Source of the DNA: Basidiobolus meristosporus CBS 931.73
Lineage: Eukaryota; Fungi; Basidiobolomycota
Direction of reading: 5' to 3'
Assembly (NCBI GenBank): GCA_002104905.1
Contig: MCFE01000020.1
Coordinates: forward strand, 180,100-244,099
Length of the DNA stretch: 64,000 nt
Below the pieces are notes generated by a model. It searched no databases. It was not told the DNA's origin and worked only from the letters and a program-made list of their open reading frames with translations. Both the position numbers and the translations under genes were made by a program. This document shows, in pieces, positions 13,317 through 27,242 of this stretch; position 1 is the first letter of the stretch, and each line of letters opens with the position of its first letter.

Positions 13317-14859
13317 TTATCTTCTGGGTTCTTTTCTCACAGGGATTACTACTGAAGCATTTGGTAGTGACTTACTTTGCACACCTATACTACTTTCTGG
13401 CTGACTATCATCTTGGCTACTTGTGTATTCATAGTCAGTATTTTGCCTCCTAGTTGATGAGTGCAATGCTGCAGCTTGGCCATGCTGAGTTGCTCCAGTT
13501 GAACCTACTGAACCAGCCTGGAGTGCCACATGTTGACATGTTCTTTTACTTGGCAAGGGCTCTGGTGGCTAAGGCACCTCATGTGGGTCATCATTGGTCA
13601 GTTCACCAGAAGTAACTTGCTGATGGTCAGGTGAAACAGCACACACAGGCGCAACTTGATGTGTTTGCATGGCCCTTGGCTGAGTTTGATGTAATGCTGC
13701 TTTTGGATGCAGCTTGGTCTGCTCCAATGGACTTGTGTCTAAATGAGCAGTTTGGCAGGTTCTGGTAGTTTTGCTCTGAGGTGCATGCTGTGGTGGTGTA
13801 TAGGTCCAAGGGAGAGATACGTCCAACACTTCTTGAGTGTTTTGTGTGTGGGATGTTCACTGGGTGCAATAACCTCTGGCAAAAGCTTGTTAGGAATACT
13901 TGGGTCTAATCTCTAATCTAATGTGAAGGGGATTAAAGCCACAAGCTTGTCAAGGGAAAACTATTGAGCTACAATCCCCAACTTAGTTGGCATCTTAACA
14001 TAAGTATGTGCTGGGTTCAGCGTCCTTTGAGATGACAATGTACTAAAGCTTCCAAAGTCAAAACAACTGTAAACTCCACCAGCAGGGACTTGATAAGAAT
14101 GCAGCTGTGGTCAATAGTTGCAAAGACAGAAAAGCATCTTTGCCTGTACAAGAACAAACTTGGGAAAGAATCAAATATAATAGAAGATACCTACTCTGAG
14201 TATTCCTCACAAGTAGTGCCTCCAAGGTCAGTTGTCTGTCAGCGCGGTTTCCTGGGAGTGTCCTGTGATCTGGGGTTGGAAGTTCAGGTAGCAGCAGGTA
14301 GCAGTGATCACATTAATCAACAAGTTGGTATATTGATAAAAGGAATGATGATTTATTGTTGAGGGATAGCCTCCCTTATATACTTTTCTCAATGCCAAAG
14401 TGATTAATGATCGTGGTGTTCTAGATGGTTCCAGATATCAATTGAAATCTTAATGACATCAGAATGGCCCAAGAATGTTCTAAGTAGGTGCTGGAAGGTT
14501 CTAAGAGGCACAGCACATCCAACCAATCAGGAATCAGTATTCTGAAACCTGTGTAACATAGGGATACCATATATGGTATGGAAATGGTAGGGATGGTGAC
14601 ACGGGTTGATCATGTGTCACAGGAACTGGCGCGGGTACTTGCCTAATATAGAAGCACTTATAGCTAGTAATCTTACATAAAGTGAGGGGTAACTTATGCA
14701 ATAAGGTAAGCAGGTGTGATAGTCAACTGGCTTATGGGATAGTACTGATCAGGTATGACAAATAGGATAAAACTAAAAAAAGTGTAGTAGAGATATAGGG
14801 AAGTAAAAAATATGGGAATGAACACATCTGTCAGTGGATGTCACTGTCACCCCACTACA
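13317..14859 (-). mobile_element. Gypsy family-1 LTR (13877-14859) plus PBS-like motif and a divergent internal segment
   Basis: Full LTR in reverse orientation followed by GAGGTTATTGCACCC and ~90 bp shared with the gag leader, then unrelated sequence; left boundary approximate. Confidence 0.8.
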
Positions 14860-15003
14860 GCGCGTTGACCCAATGCAAGGCATTCTGGTGAAGGGTGTTG
14901 GTGTTGTTTGGACTGATGTGTGCTGGCACGCTGTGATTGCAAGAGATGGTAAGGAATCCAGCAAGGCGTGCTGGCGTAATCAAGATGCTGTTGCTTGCGG
15001 TCA

Positions 15004-15660
15004 TTATTCTTCCTCCTGAAGCTCAGCATCTGATTCCTCAAGGTATTCACTTACCCTTTGTCTGATACTTTGGAACTGTTGCCTGGATGAGTCCTGTGTA
15101 TATTGCTCTTGGAAGCCACTTAGCTCTACTAATATGTCATGTAGTACATCAGTCATTTGAGGCAAAAACTCATTCAAAATCTCCTTGGTTCCCAAAGTTG
15201 AGGCACAAACAGACATGTCCATTGCGCGCAAAACTGTTTCTGCATGGCTTCTTCATCAAATCCCCTCACTCTCAGCTCATTCTTGATTTCAATACTTGTC
15301 TTGTTATATATCTTCTTACATACATCAGCTGGCATCTTGATGTAGAACTCATGCCACAGCTTTCTACTCAAAATCTTTCATCTTTGTTGACTCTCTGAGG
15401 TATCTAGTTCTGCTAGATTAATGAGTAGTGCCCAATTATCTGTATGAAGGCTCATCATAGACACTTGGGCCATACTAAAATCATTTGGCAAGCACTCTGA
15501 CAGATTCAACATTGACTTTTGCGGTCCAGACTGTACTTGTGAGCTGGAAGATGGGTTTTGTCTGGGTTGTACTAAAGATGCGTTGAGACTTGGTATGGGG
15601 ACCTTAGCAATAGATTTGGATACTAATACAGCAGTATTTTGGCATCAACCTGGTCTCATG
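15004..15660 (-). pseudogene. Degenerate ~220-codon ORF of unknown function, possibly a transposon accessory gene
   Basis: Near-continuous minus-strand reading '...SMLNLSECLPND...SRKLWHEFYIKMPADVCKKIYNKTSIEIKNELRVRGFDEE' then, after a frameshift, 'MDMSVCASTLGTKEILNEFL...EESDAELQEEE*'; no motif recognised. Confidence 0.35.
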
Positions 15661-15899
15661 TGAAATATATATGAAAACTAATGTGATTGTTGAATTTTCC
15701 ATATATTATGCATGATGCATCTTGGATTGCATTGATATGGATCAGATCACATCAATTGCAGGTTTCAATTTGATTATAGAATTGTGAGTAAGCATCAATA
15801 AAAATACCAGGGCATTGTTTGAGGATGATTTTTGCAACATAATGATGGGATGCATGGTAATTGATGGAGATTGAATCATATTGCATAGAAAATCAGATA

Positions 15900-17237
15900 A
15901 ATAACGCAGATTGCACCAAACCAATTCAAATCACTCTGAAACAACCATCCACCAATTTTAATATTACTTGCTCATCTGAATGGTCTTTTTGCATCAATCC
16001 CATCACTATCACTGGATTTCCTTTGGACACATTAGAGGACATTTATCCAAAGTACTGTGGACCATCTACCCCAATCTACTCAAGGAGATCCCTTGCTAAG
16101 CTTCTTTGCTATTACAAGAACTACTGACCTACAAGGTTTCATCCCACCAACCATGGCAACAAAAGTCCTAGAAGCTTTCATTCCCAGCTGACAGCAATGG
16201 AGAGCCACCTTGCAGAGTGTATGAATGACTGAGAGCAAGCTATGAATACTAGGTTCAGAAGCTCCAATAGACTTCCATATCCTAGAGTGCTCAGCAATAG
16301 GTACCATATCAGGAGTCTTTTGGATACCTTCCCAGTCAGGATTAACAGACCTTCTAGAGGGCAGAGGCACATGTATTCTGGCAAGTACAAGGCACACTGT
16401 GTGAAGTTTCAAGCACTGTCTGACATTGAGCATTGTGGTGGTGTAGAGGTACTCCTGGGAGAAGCTACACAACTCAAGGTGTGTGAGGTGTCTGATGGGT
16501 GCAATAACCTCTGTGTCTAAACTGCTGGTGTCTTTGTCAATATGTCACTATGGTAAAAGCTCCTGCTTCTCTAGCTTCCTAGGTGCTCCAAGTGTCTCCA
16601 AAGGCCTCTGTGTGTCTTGTGCACTACCCTGAAAAGCTCCTTGATGGCAGGTCTGAGATGTACTGTTGAAGGCAGGTGCAGTGATCAACTGCTAATCAAT
16701 AAGGTAGAAGTGTTACTGATAGAAGGGATGATTTATTGATGAGGGATTGCTTTCCCTTAAATACTTTTCCTGATTGCCAAGTGATTACTAATGACAAGGT
16801 TCTAGAAGATTCTAGGTATTAGTGGAATTCTTGATGACATCACAATGAGCTAAAGATATGCCAAGAATATCCTGGAAGGTTCTAAAAGGCACATCACATT
16901 CAACCAATCAGGAATCAGTAGTCTGAATCCTGTGCAACATAGAAATACCATATATGGTATTGAAATGGTAGGGATGGTAACACAGACTTAGGTCATGTGT
17001 CACGGGTACAGATGCGGGTACTTGCCTTATGTAGATACATACACTGATCATAAAGCTGAATAACATCTGGGATAACTAATGCTAATAACTAATCAGGGTA
17101 AACATCATATGGGGATAATACTGATAATATGGGCAATAGAAGAATGGGATAATACTGATAAGATAAAATATGGATAAGTATATCATAATTACTATATGAG
17201 TAAACTTGTCTGTGGGAGGTATGTTTACCCTACCACA
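15900..17237 (-). mobile_element. Second, diverged Gypsy-like LTR family (LTR 16512-17237) with PBS-like motif and decayed internal sequence
   Basis: Starts TGTGGTAGGG, ends AGACACA; same TATA/AATAAA layout and central similarity to family 1; followed by the same GAGGTTATTGCACCC (16497-16511); left boundary approximate. Confidence 0.72.
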
Positions 17238-17600
17238 GCGTAACATCATCTGGCTTAGTGGGCCATTTGCTGGAAGTAGGCATGACAAAGCACTCTGGCT
17301 AGAGAATCATCTTGAAATCAGTAGAGGGGAGAAGTGTATGGCAGACTTAGCTTATATAGGAGAGGATTGTCAGAGATTAGGATGTATTACAGCTTATAGG
17401 AAGCTAAGGAATGGTGTGCTTAGCAGGAAGCAGAAGCTCTGCAATGAGATATTTAAGCATTTCCAAGTGAGGGTCAAGCACACATTTGGATATCTGAAGA
17501 GATTCAGCATATTAGTAGGTAAATACAGAGGAAAGTCATATATAAGAAAAACAGCAGAATAGGTAAAATAGTCCAGATACTTATTAATGCACAGTATGTT
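17238..17600 (+). pseudogene. C-terminal fragment of a PIF/Harbinger (IS5-like, DDE_Tnp_4) transposase
   Basis: 'NIIWLSGPFAGSRHD...CMADLAYIG...TAYRK...KQKLCNEIFKHFQVRVKHTFGYLKRFSILVGKYRG'; canonical R.RVEH appears as QVRVKH, consistent with G-to-A changes at CpG; 5' part replaced by an LTR. Confidence 0.8.
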
Positions 17601-17800
17601 CATACAAGAAGACATCCACTGAGAGAAATGTGTCAGGAGCATTATGGGGAGTAAGTAAAGCAAGTAAAGCACTATTCTGAGCAACATAAGTAAGATTGAG
17701 TAAAATTACCAGTAACTGTATCATACCACTGGCATCATGGTAGAAATTATAGTGCCAGATGGTGCTGCAGAGTGCCAGATCAATCCGGCACTATGGACTA

Positions 17801-20800
17801 CCTTTCTACTACTAATATTTTAGTTTGATCACATTTGTCTTACTTGATCAATATAATACCATTAGCCAGCTGACCATCACACCTACTTACCTTATTGCAT
17901 AAGTTATCCCTCACTTTATGTAGGATTACTTGATGTAAATACTTCTACATTAGGCAGGTACCTGTGCCAATACCTGGGACACATGAACAGACTGTGTCAC
18001 CATCCCTGCCACTTTTGTACCATTTATGGTATCCCTACATTAAACAGGCTTCAGGATATTGATTCCTGATTGGTTGGGTGAGCTGTGCCACTTAGAACCT
18101 TCTGGTACCTACTAGGAGCATTCTTAGCTCATTTCAATTGCATTAAGATTTCTCTTTGATTACCAAAACCTTCTGGAGCACCATGATTAGTAATCACTTT
18201 GCCAGTGAGCAAAGTAGATAAGGGAGGCAATCCATCACCAATATATCATCATCCCTTTTGTCTATATACCAGTTTGTTTATTAGAGTCATCACTACTACC
18301 TGCTGCCACCTGAACTTCCAATGCCAGACCACAGAACACTCCCAGGAAACTGCACTGACAGCCAACTAACCTTGGAGGTACTACTTGTGAGGAAAACTCA
18401 GAGTAAGAATATTTTATTATATTTGATTCTTTCCTAAGCCTGTTCTTGTACAGGCAAAGATACTTTTCTGTCTTGGTAATTATTGACCACAGCTACACTC
18501 TTATCAAGTCCCTGCTGGTAGAGTTTACAGCTGTTTTGACCATCAAAGCCTAGTATATAGTCATCTCAAAGGATGCTGAACCCAGCACATACTTTTGTTA
18601 AGACACCAACTAAGTTGGGGATTGTAGCTCAATAGCCTTCCCTTGACAAGCTTATGGCTTTATTCCCCATCACATTAGATTAGAGACAGAACCCAAATAT
18701 TCCTAGCAAGCTTTTGCCAGAGGTTATTGCACCCAGTGAACACCCCACACACAAAACACTTGAGAAGTGTTGGATGTATCTCTCCCCTGGACTTATATAC
18801 CACCACATATTTGGCACCCAACATGGGGGCCTCATACAAGCTCCCCAGGACCCAACAAGATTTACCTGAAGATTTGAGTTGTTATCCACTTATTGAAAAG
18901 AGACTACTGATATTATCAAGATTACAACACCAACCTACCTGCCCAAGATGAACTCTATGCCACTACCACTCTCACATGAAGCCTCACAGTTTGATGGAAA
19001 GAATGTGGAAAGCTTCATACTCAAATGGGAGAAGCTCTGCAAGATGTGCAGCCTATCTGAACAAGAAATGGCTGAAGACTTCCCCTACTACTGTACCAAT
19101 GATATTACCCTAAGCTTCTCAGACAAGGAGATATTCTCACTGACTGGGCCTCAATGAAGACCTATCTACAGACCAAGTATGGTACACCTCAGATATACTA
19201 TGGAATTGAAGACCTCAGACACTTTGGAAGCACTGGACTTTCCAAGCTACCATCTGAAGAGTTCATTCAACAGTATGAAGATATGGCCAAGCCACTCCTA
19301 GAGTCCCAGGCTATAACTGAGTTTGCCATGACACCTTACCTTGCTCAAGGGCTTCCCCAGGACTTGGCATGGAAAGTTGACTTATATGCAGCCAAGGATG
19401 ACAAGTCTGGCATTCCTTGCTTTGCAGAAATGAAATGTGTTCTCCTAGAGGCAAGGTAGACTTCCACCTCAATGAGACTTCTGAAGCCTAACCTGCCAGA
19501 CCAGTCAACCAAGGAACCAAGGAGTGCTGTTGCTGACAATCAGACTGACACTACCAACAGAATTGATCAACTTGCTGAACAGCTACAAAAGCTAGCCCTC
19601 AAGATTAATGGCTTGGCTGAAGTAGCTACTGAGAGCCACAGACCTTTGCCCAGACACTGCACCTGGTGTGACTCTACTCAGCATGCAAGAAGAGAATGCT
19701 TGGAGCTTAGTCAGCTACTTAGAGAAGGAGCTGTGCAGTTTGATGCTGATGGAATGCTTGCAGACAGGGAAGGAAGAAGGATACCAACCAATTTCCAAAG
19801 AGGAGGGATGAGAGCTCTTTTCCAGAATTCTGACTGAGCAACCAGAAAGATTGCTGTTGATGCCCCTATTGGGACTCATACATTGAATCCAAGCAGCCCT
19901 GACAACAGAAAATACAAAGTTGATGCCTTTGCTACTAAAAGACACCTCCCTGAAGAACCTGCCAAACCCATCCTCAGAAGACCACAATTTGAGGAACCTG
20001 AAGCTGTCATTGACAAGAGGCCTGGTATGCTGCCCACCCAAGATCCTGTGGTAAGAGTCTTGGAGATATTGGAAGTGATTGGGAGAACAAGTAGATTATG
20101 TGGTTTTCACTTAATGATTTATTGAATGTAAAAGTGGTATTCATACTTTTACCTGGTCTTGGCATTACAAACACGTAGAATAGGTTAAGGAAGGTCCCAA
20201 GAACATGTGTGCAAAGTTTGGGGCTGTTTGGACAACTTTGAGAATTTTCATGTTCTGGGTACCTGGTATTTTGGTGAAAATATTCCAAGTAAATCCCAAC
20301 AATGAATTTGGTCAGTATTCTCTAGGATTTGAAGGTGATGATCTAAGTGACTAAGTTAGGTGAATATTTAGGTGGAAATACAAATTTTTACAACAATTAC
20401 AAATTTTTACAACAGATCAATTACCTCACTTTCAGTTGACCTCAACAATAGCAAGCTACTCAAGCCCTCAACTGATTACTGAGGAGCTGCTGAAACAGAA
20501 CCTCACTTTGTTGGTTGGAGAAACCATGAGTGTATACCCATCTGTTAGGAAGACCTTTGATGAGCAGCTTAGAACAAGACAACAAGCTGTTGAACATATG
20601 GACACTCATATAATTCAAACAAGCCATGAAGACCACCAAGAGGATGACAACACTACTGGATATGAGACCTTTTACTCAGTTGCAACTACTGTAGTGAAAG
20701 GATACATATATGATGACCCTGCTGACTGCTGTTTTGACTGTGGTTCAGAGATTTGTGTTATGCTGCTAGACTTCTGGAAGTCACTCAGAAGCAGGAGCTA

Positions 20801-21723
20801 CTGCCTATTGATAGAGATATTGGATGGAACATGACTGATGCAGACTCAGGATCTAGTCCACTCTATGGTGTAGTGCACAAGTTCCCTATTGAGGTCCAAG
20901 GAATCAAGGTTTGGCTTCCCCTCTTCATCTGCCAGAAAGCAAACTTTGACCTTCTGCTAGGTAAATCATGGGAAACCAGTACTAAGGCTACAACTACCAA
21001 CTATTCCAATGGGTCAGTGTGGTACACTATACAAGGATCAAACCCAGGGCCACAGTCAATATTCTGTGGTGTAACACCCAACAATAAGAGGACTCATACT
21101 GCTTGCCAGAAGACACACCTTGTTGTAGAAGAAGATGAGGAGCCTGACAATATACACCTCAACACTTGGAGCTGCCCATTAGGTATACAGGAGCAAACAG
21201 CTATGGTTCAAACAAAATACAAGACAGTAGAACAGAAGATTAGGCCATCATTTACACCTTTAATTGATAGATCTTGACCTGCTGATTACATCAGACCACC
21301 AGAAGAAACACCAGAAGATATACAACTTGCACCTGAGAGACTTAAGCAAATTATCCTTGGTGATGGAAACCTAACACCAGAGGAGATCTTATTATTTGAA
21401 GAAACCCTGAAAAGGCATGATAAGGTTTTCTCATATAATGACAAGGAGATGGGGCTCTTAACGACATTGCTTGAAAAACCCATCAAGATTCATACAGTGC
21501 CTCACACACCCTGGTCATTTAAGCCTTACCCACTGCCCAGAGGACTTCAAGCTGATGAGCATGAACTACTTAAGAAGAAGATAGAAGCTGGTATCCTAGA
21601 ACCATTTCATGGACCTTATGCTAACAGATGGTTTGTGACCAAAAAGAAGAATGGAAAGCTCCAATTCATTCAAGACATGCATCCTGCAAATGCTGTCACT
21701 ATCAGAGATGCTGCTATACCTCT
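17801..21723 (+). mobile_element. Ty3/Gypsy family-1 copy 2, 5'-truncated LTR and 3'-truncated within RT
   Basis: Colinear with ~1800-5340; gag knuckle 'CTWCDSTQHARREC' (Cx2Cx4Hx4C); protease and RT start; ends at 'RDAAIP' where Copia LTR fragments begin. Confidence 0.9.
20047..20414 (-). mobile_element. Solo Copia LTR inserted in Gypsy copy 2
   Basis: Reverse complement of the 60696-61045 LTR; flanks GATCC / GATCA (5-bp TSD, one mismatch); Gypsy copy 1 is uninterrupted at the same site. Confidence 0.9.
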
Positions 21724-22248
21724 GAATTTTCATGTTCTGTGTACTTGATATTTTGGTGAAAATAATCTGAGTAAATCCCAACAAGTTCTGGCATACCAAA
21801 CACAAAGAATAGGTTAGGAAGGTCCCAAGAGCATGAGTGCAAAGTTTGGGGCTGTTTGGACAACTTTGAGAGTTTTCATGTTCTGGGTAAATATTCTAAG
21901 TAAATCCCAACAAGGAATTTGGTCAGTATTCTCTAGGATTTGTAGGTAATGATCTAAGTGACTAAGTTAGGTGAATATTTAGGTGGAATTCCAAATTTTA
22001 ACAATGCACTTTTACGTTCAATAAATCATTAAACAAATGTCACATAGTCCACTTGTTCTCCCAATCACTTCCAATATTTCCAAAACTCTTACCACAACTT
22101 GGACAGCTTTGAAATTTTCTGACATTCTGGGAACCAGATATTTTGATGAAAATACTCCAATTAAATCCCAACAAGGAGTTATGCCAGAATTCTGATACTA
22201 GTGACTAGATTAGGTGACTATTTAGGTGTAATTACAAAATTTACCACA
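21724..22248. repeat. Cluster of four Copia LTR fragments in mixed orientation
   Basis: Approx. 21724-21785 (-), 21786-22003 (-), 22005-22096 (+, LTR 3' end ...CTCTTACCACA), 22097-22248 (-), all similar to the 60696-61045 LTR. Confidence 0.8.
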
Positions 22249-23309
22249 AGCTTTAGCTTTTGCGCAGCAACTCTAAAGGCAAGGCCTTTGATGCTGTAAG
22301 TATTTTAAGTCAAAGTGTATATTAAATTTGCTGTGAAACACCAGATTTAAGTTGACTCGGGATGGGTGTAGGTGATGCATAAGAGCGAGGCATGATGGAG
22401 CCCGGTTGATATTCAGGGATACCCTACGTTTCATATGGCGTGATGAGAGGTGCACTGCACTTTAGAACATCACATTCCTTATACAATTTGCATAGCAGCG
22501 TTTCATCGCCTCATTAAAATGCTGGATGGAAGACCTAATAACAAACAGCAATCACCCAAATAGACAAAAGGCATTTGGTCACATACACAAGAAACCTACG
22601 AACCAAGTCAGATGGGAATTTAACAACCTGAGACCAACAGTTGCTTCATTTCACCCTTGAGCATCTCCGGCAAATAGCAGCTCCTCAGCTTCCATTGCTG
22701 ATGAAGTTGGCTAGAATGTACCGGAATACCATGGCACGCTATCCATCACAACTGAACCAATAAGCTAGGCGAAGCCAAGCCTAAGATACCAATGCATGTA
22801 TGCGGTTGCAACACACATACCATCACGCAGAGGATGAGGTGAGGTCAGTGAAACCACGACTGCGAAAACTTGAATACCATTGACCGATCAAAATACCATG
22901 TTGCAGCCCCAGTCTGTAATACTAGCACTGTGCGTGTTCTCATCCATCCAACCAGGAAGCTTGGGGATGATGCAACAATAAGCAACACAACTACAGGGCT
23001 CACGCCTCCTTTAATCCACCACAGAACAGAACCCTTCACAAAGGTAACGAGGAAGCTTTTGCTCGAATGAGACGCAGCGCAATGGGGGATCGGGAATGAA
23101 CTTATGAGGTCCGCGAGCATACAGACGCCCTGCTTACCTTGGTCACTCAATCAGGTGACACATGCCCAGTCTTCTATATATCGGGACACTTGCGCACCAG
23201 CCTAATTGTTGCCATCCTTACAAACTCCGCCGCCCCTTTGACGATAGGTTCAGTGAAAATAGGGGGAATCGCCATAGGAGACTATTTTGTATGCTAAAAA
23301 GCACCATGG

Positions 23310-23327
23310 TTCTGGAATTTTCTTGAA
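23310..23327. promoter_or_regulatory. Heat-shock element (four contiguous inverted nGAAn units) upstream of CDC48
   Basis: TTCtgGAAttTTCttGAA, ~335 bp before the CDC48 ATG. Confidence 0.65.
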
Positions 23328-23661
23328 TACCTTAGAATCAATTTTACAGGCGGTCACGCGATCCATTTCCTGATGCCCAATCTACATTGCGGTGGTTGTG
23401 GGTGGAATTTTCAAACGGTAGGGATGACGCAACCAAATTGGCTGTCGGTGGATTTCGTGAACTATATTCAACAGTTTGCACAGCACACAAGCTAATGCCA
23501 TCGATGGAAAATGATGCGTTTCGATTGGTGTATCTGGGATATCGTAAGCAATTTCGTCAGGCAGTTTAAGAATGCTTTCCAAACCTTGATTTACCTAGAA
23601 ACCTCTCCCTTCCTTCTCTACTCAACCTAACACCCCGTACCCACCGTAGTAGAGTCGAACC

Positions 23662-26314
<2,653 letters not shown>

Positions 26315-27242
26315 GTCCAGCTCGGTCACATTTCCCTCTTTCCTTGATGTATTATCTGCTGTTGAATAATCCCCTTATTTCCCAGTTTCTTAAACCATAA
26401 TTTTCAGCCTATTGTTTCCCATACATGGTGGTGAATGTAAACAGAAAGTGCAATAAACTACAATCTGCATACGAACTCGTGGCCAATCCCGATCCGTCCA
26501 GGCTCTGTGACGTAACCCGGCCAGTAAAAATAATTGGGATGGAATGCTATTTTTTGGGACCATTAGCCAGGCGATAAATGAAATCGGCCGTGAACGCTTG
26601 ATTCTGATACTCAATATATTCGAGCCGAGCGAGGCTTCAGTCTGACTGGCTTTCGGAGTAACCATAGCTAAATATACTTGCAGCGTGGCAGTCCTCGAAC
26701 ACCGCTCGTGCAGGTTGGGAAATCTCCCGGAAGGTAATGCGCATCTTGCCCCCTGCTCTCCTCGCCGCATCGCCCGGTCCCCGCTTCTCCAGGCTACATG
26801 CGAGGCCTTCTCCAGCATACATACACAGCCTTGCAGCATGGACACCAGTCCGTCCACGTGATGTGCGTCTAATTGTCGCAAAGGTACCGGAGTCACGCGA
26901 CCTCCTTGCAATGTACTTACCTGGTTTTACTCATCCTACCCCGTACCTATACCCGTGTAGCTCACGTATGCTCGAGGTTTATTTTAAGCATTACAATCGC
27001 AGTATTTTTGTCCTCCTAATCCCGATTTGATGTAGCTGCTTGATACAACCATGAGGTTGGATTTCCATCCGTTCGTTTCTTATATATAGGGCGCCCTGCG
27101 GTCGCTTCAAGTCCTATCAGATTCCATATCATCATATACCATACCACCACCCACCAGAGCCCACCAGCATCCTCCTCATCACCAAGCAGTCGTACCCGCC
27201 ATTCCCAGGACACCACAGTAGACCCACCCCGGCGCCACAACG

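Noticed and set aside
26914-26924. TACTTACCTGG resembling the U1 snRNA 5' end
   Set aside because: No U1 stem-loop I or Sm site follows; more likely a chance or antisense splice-donor match
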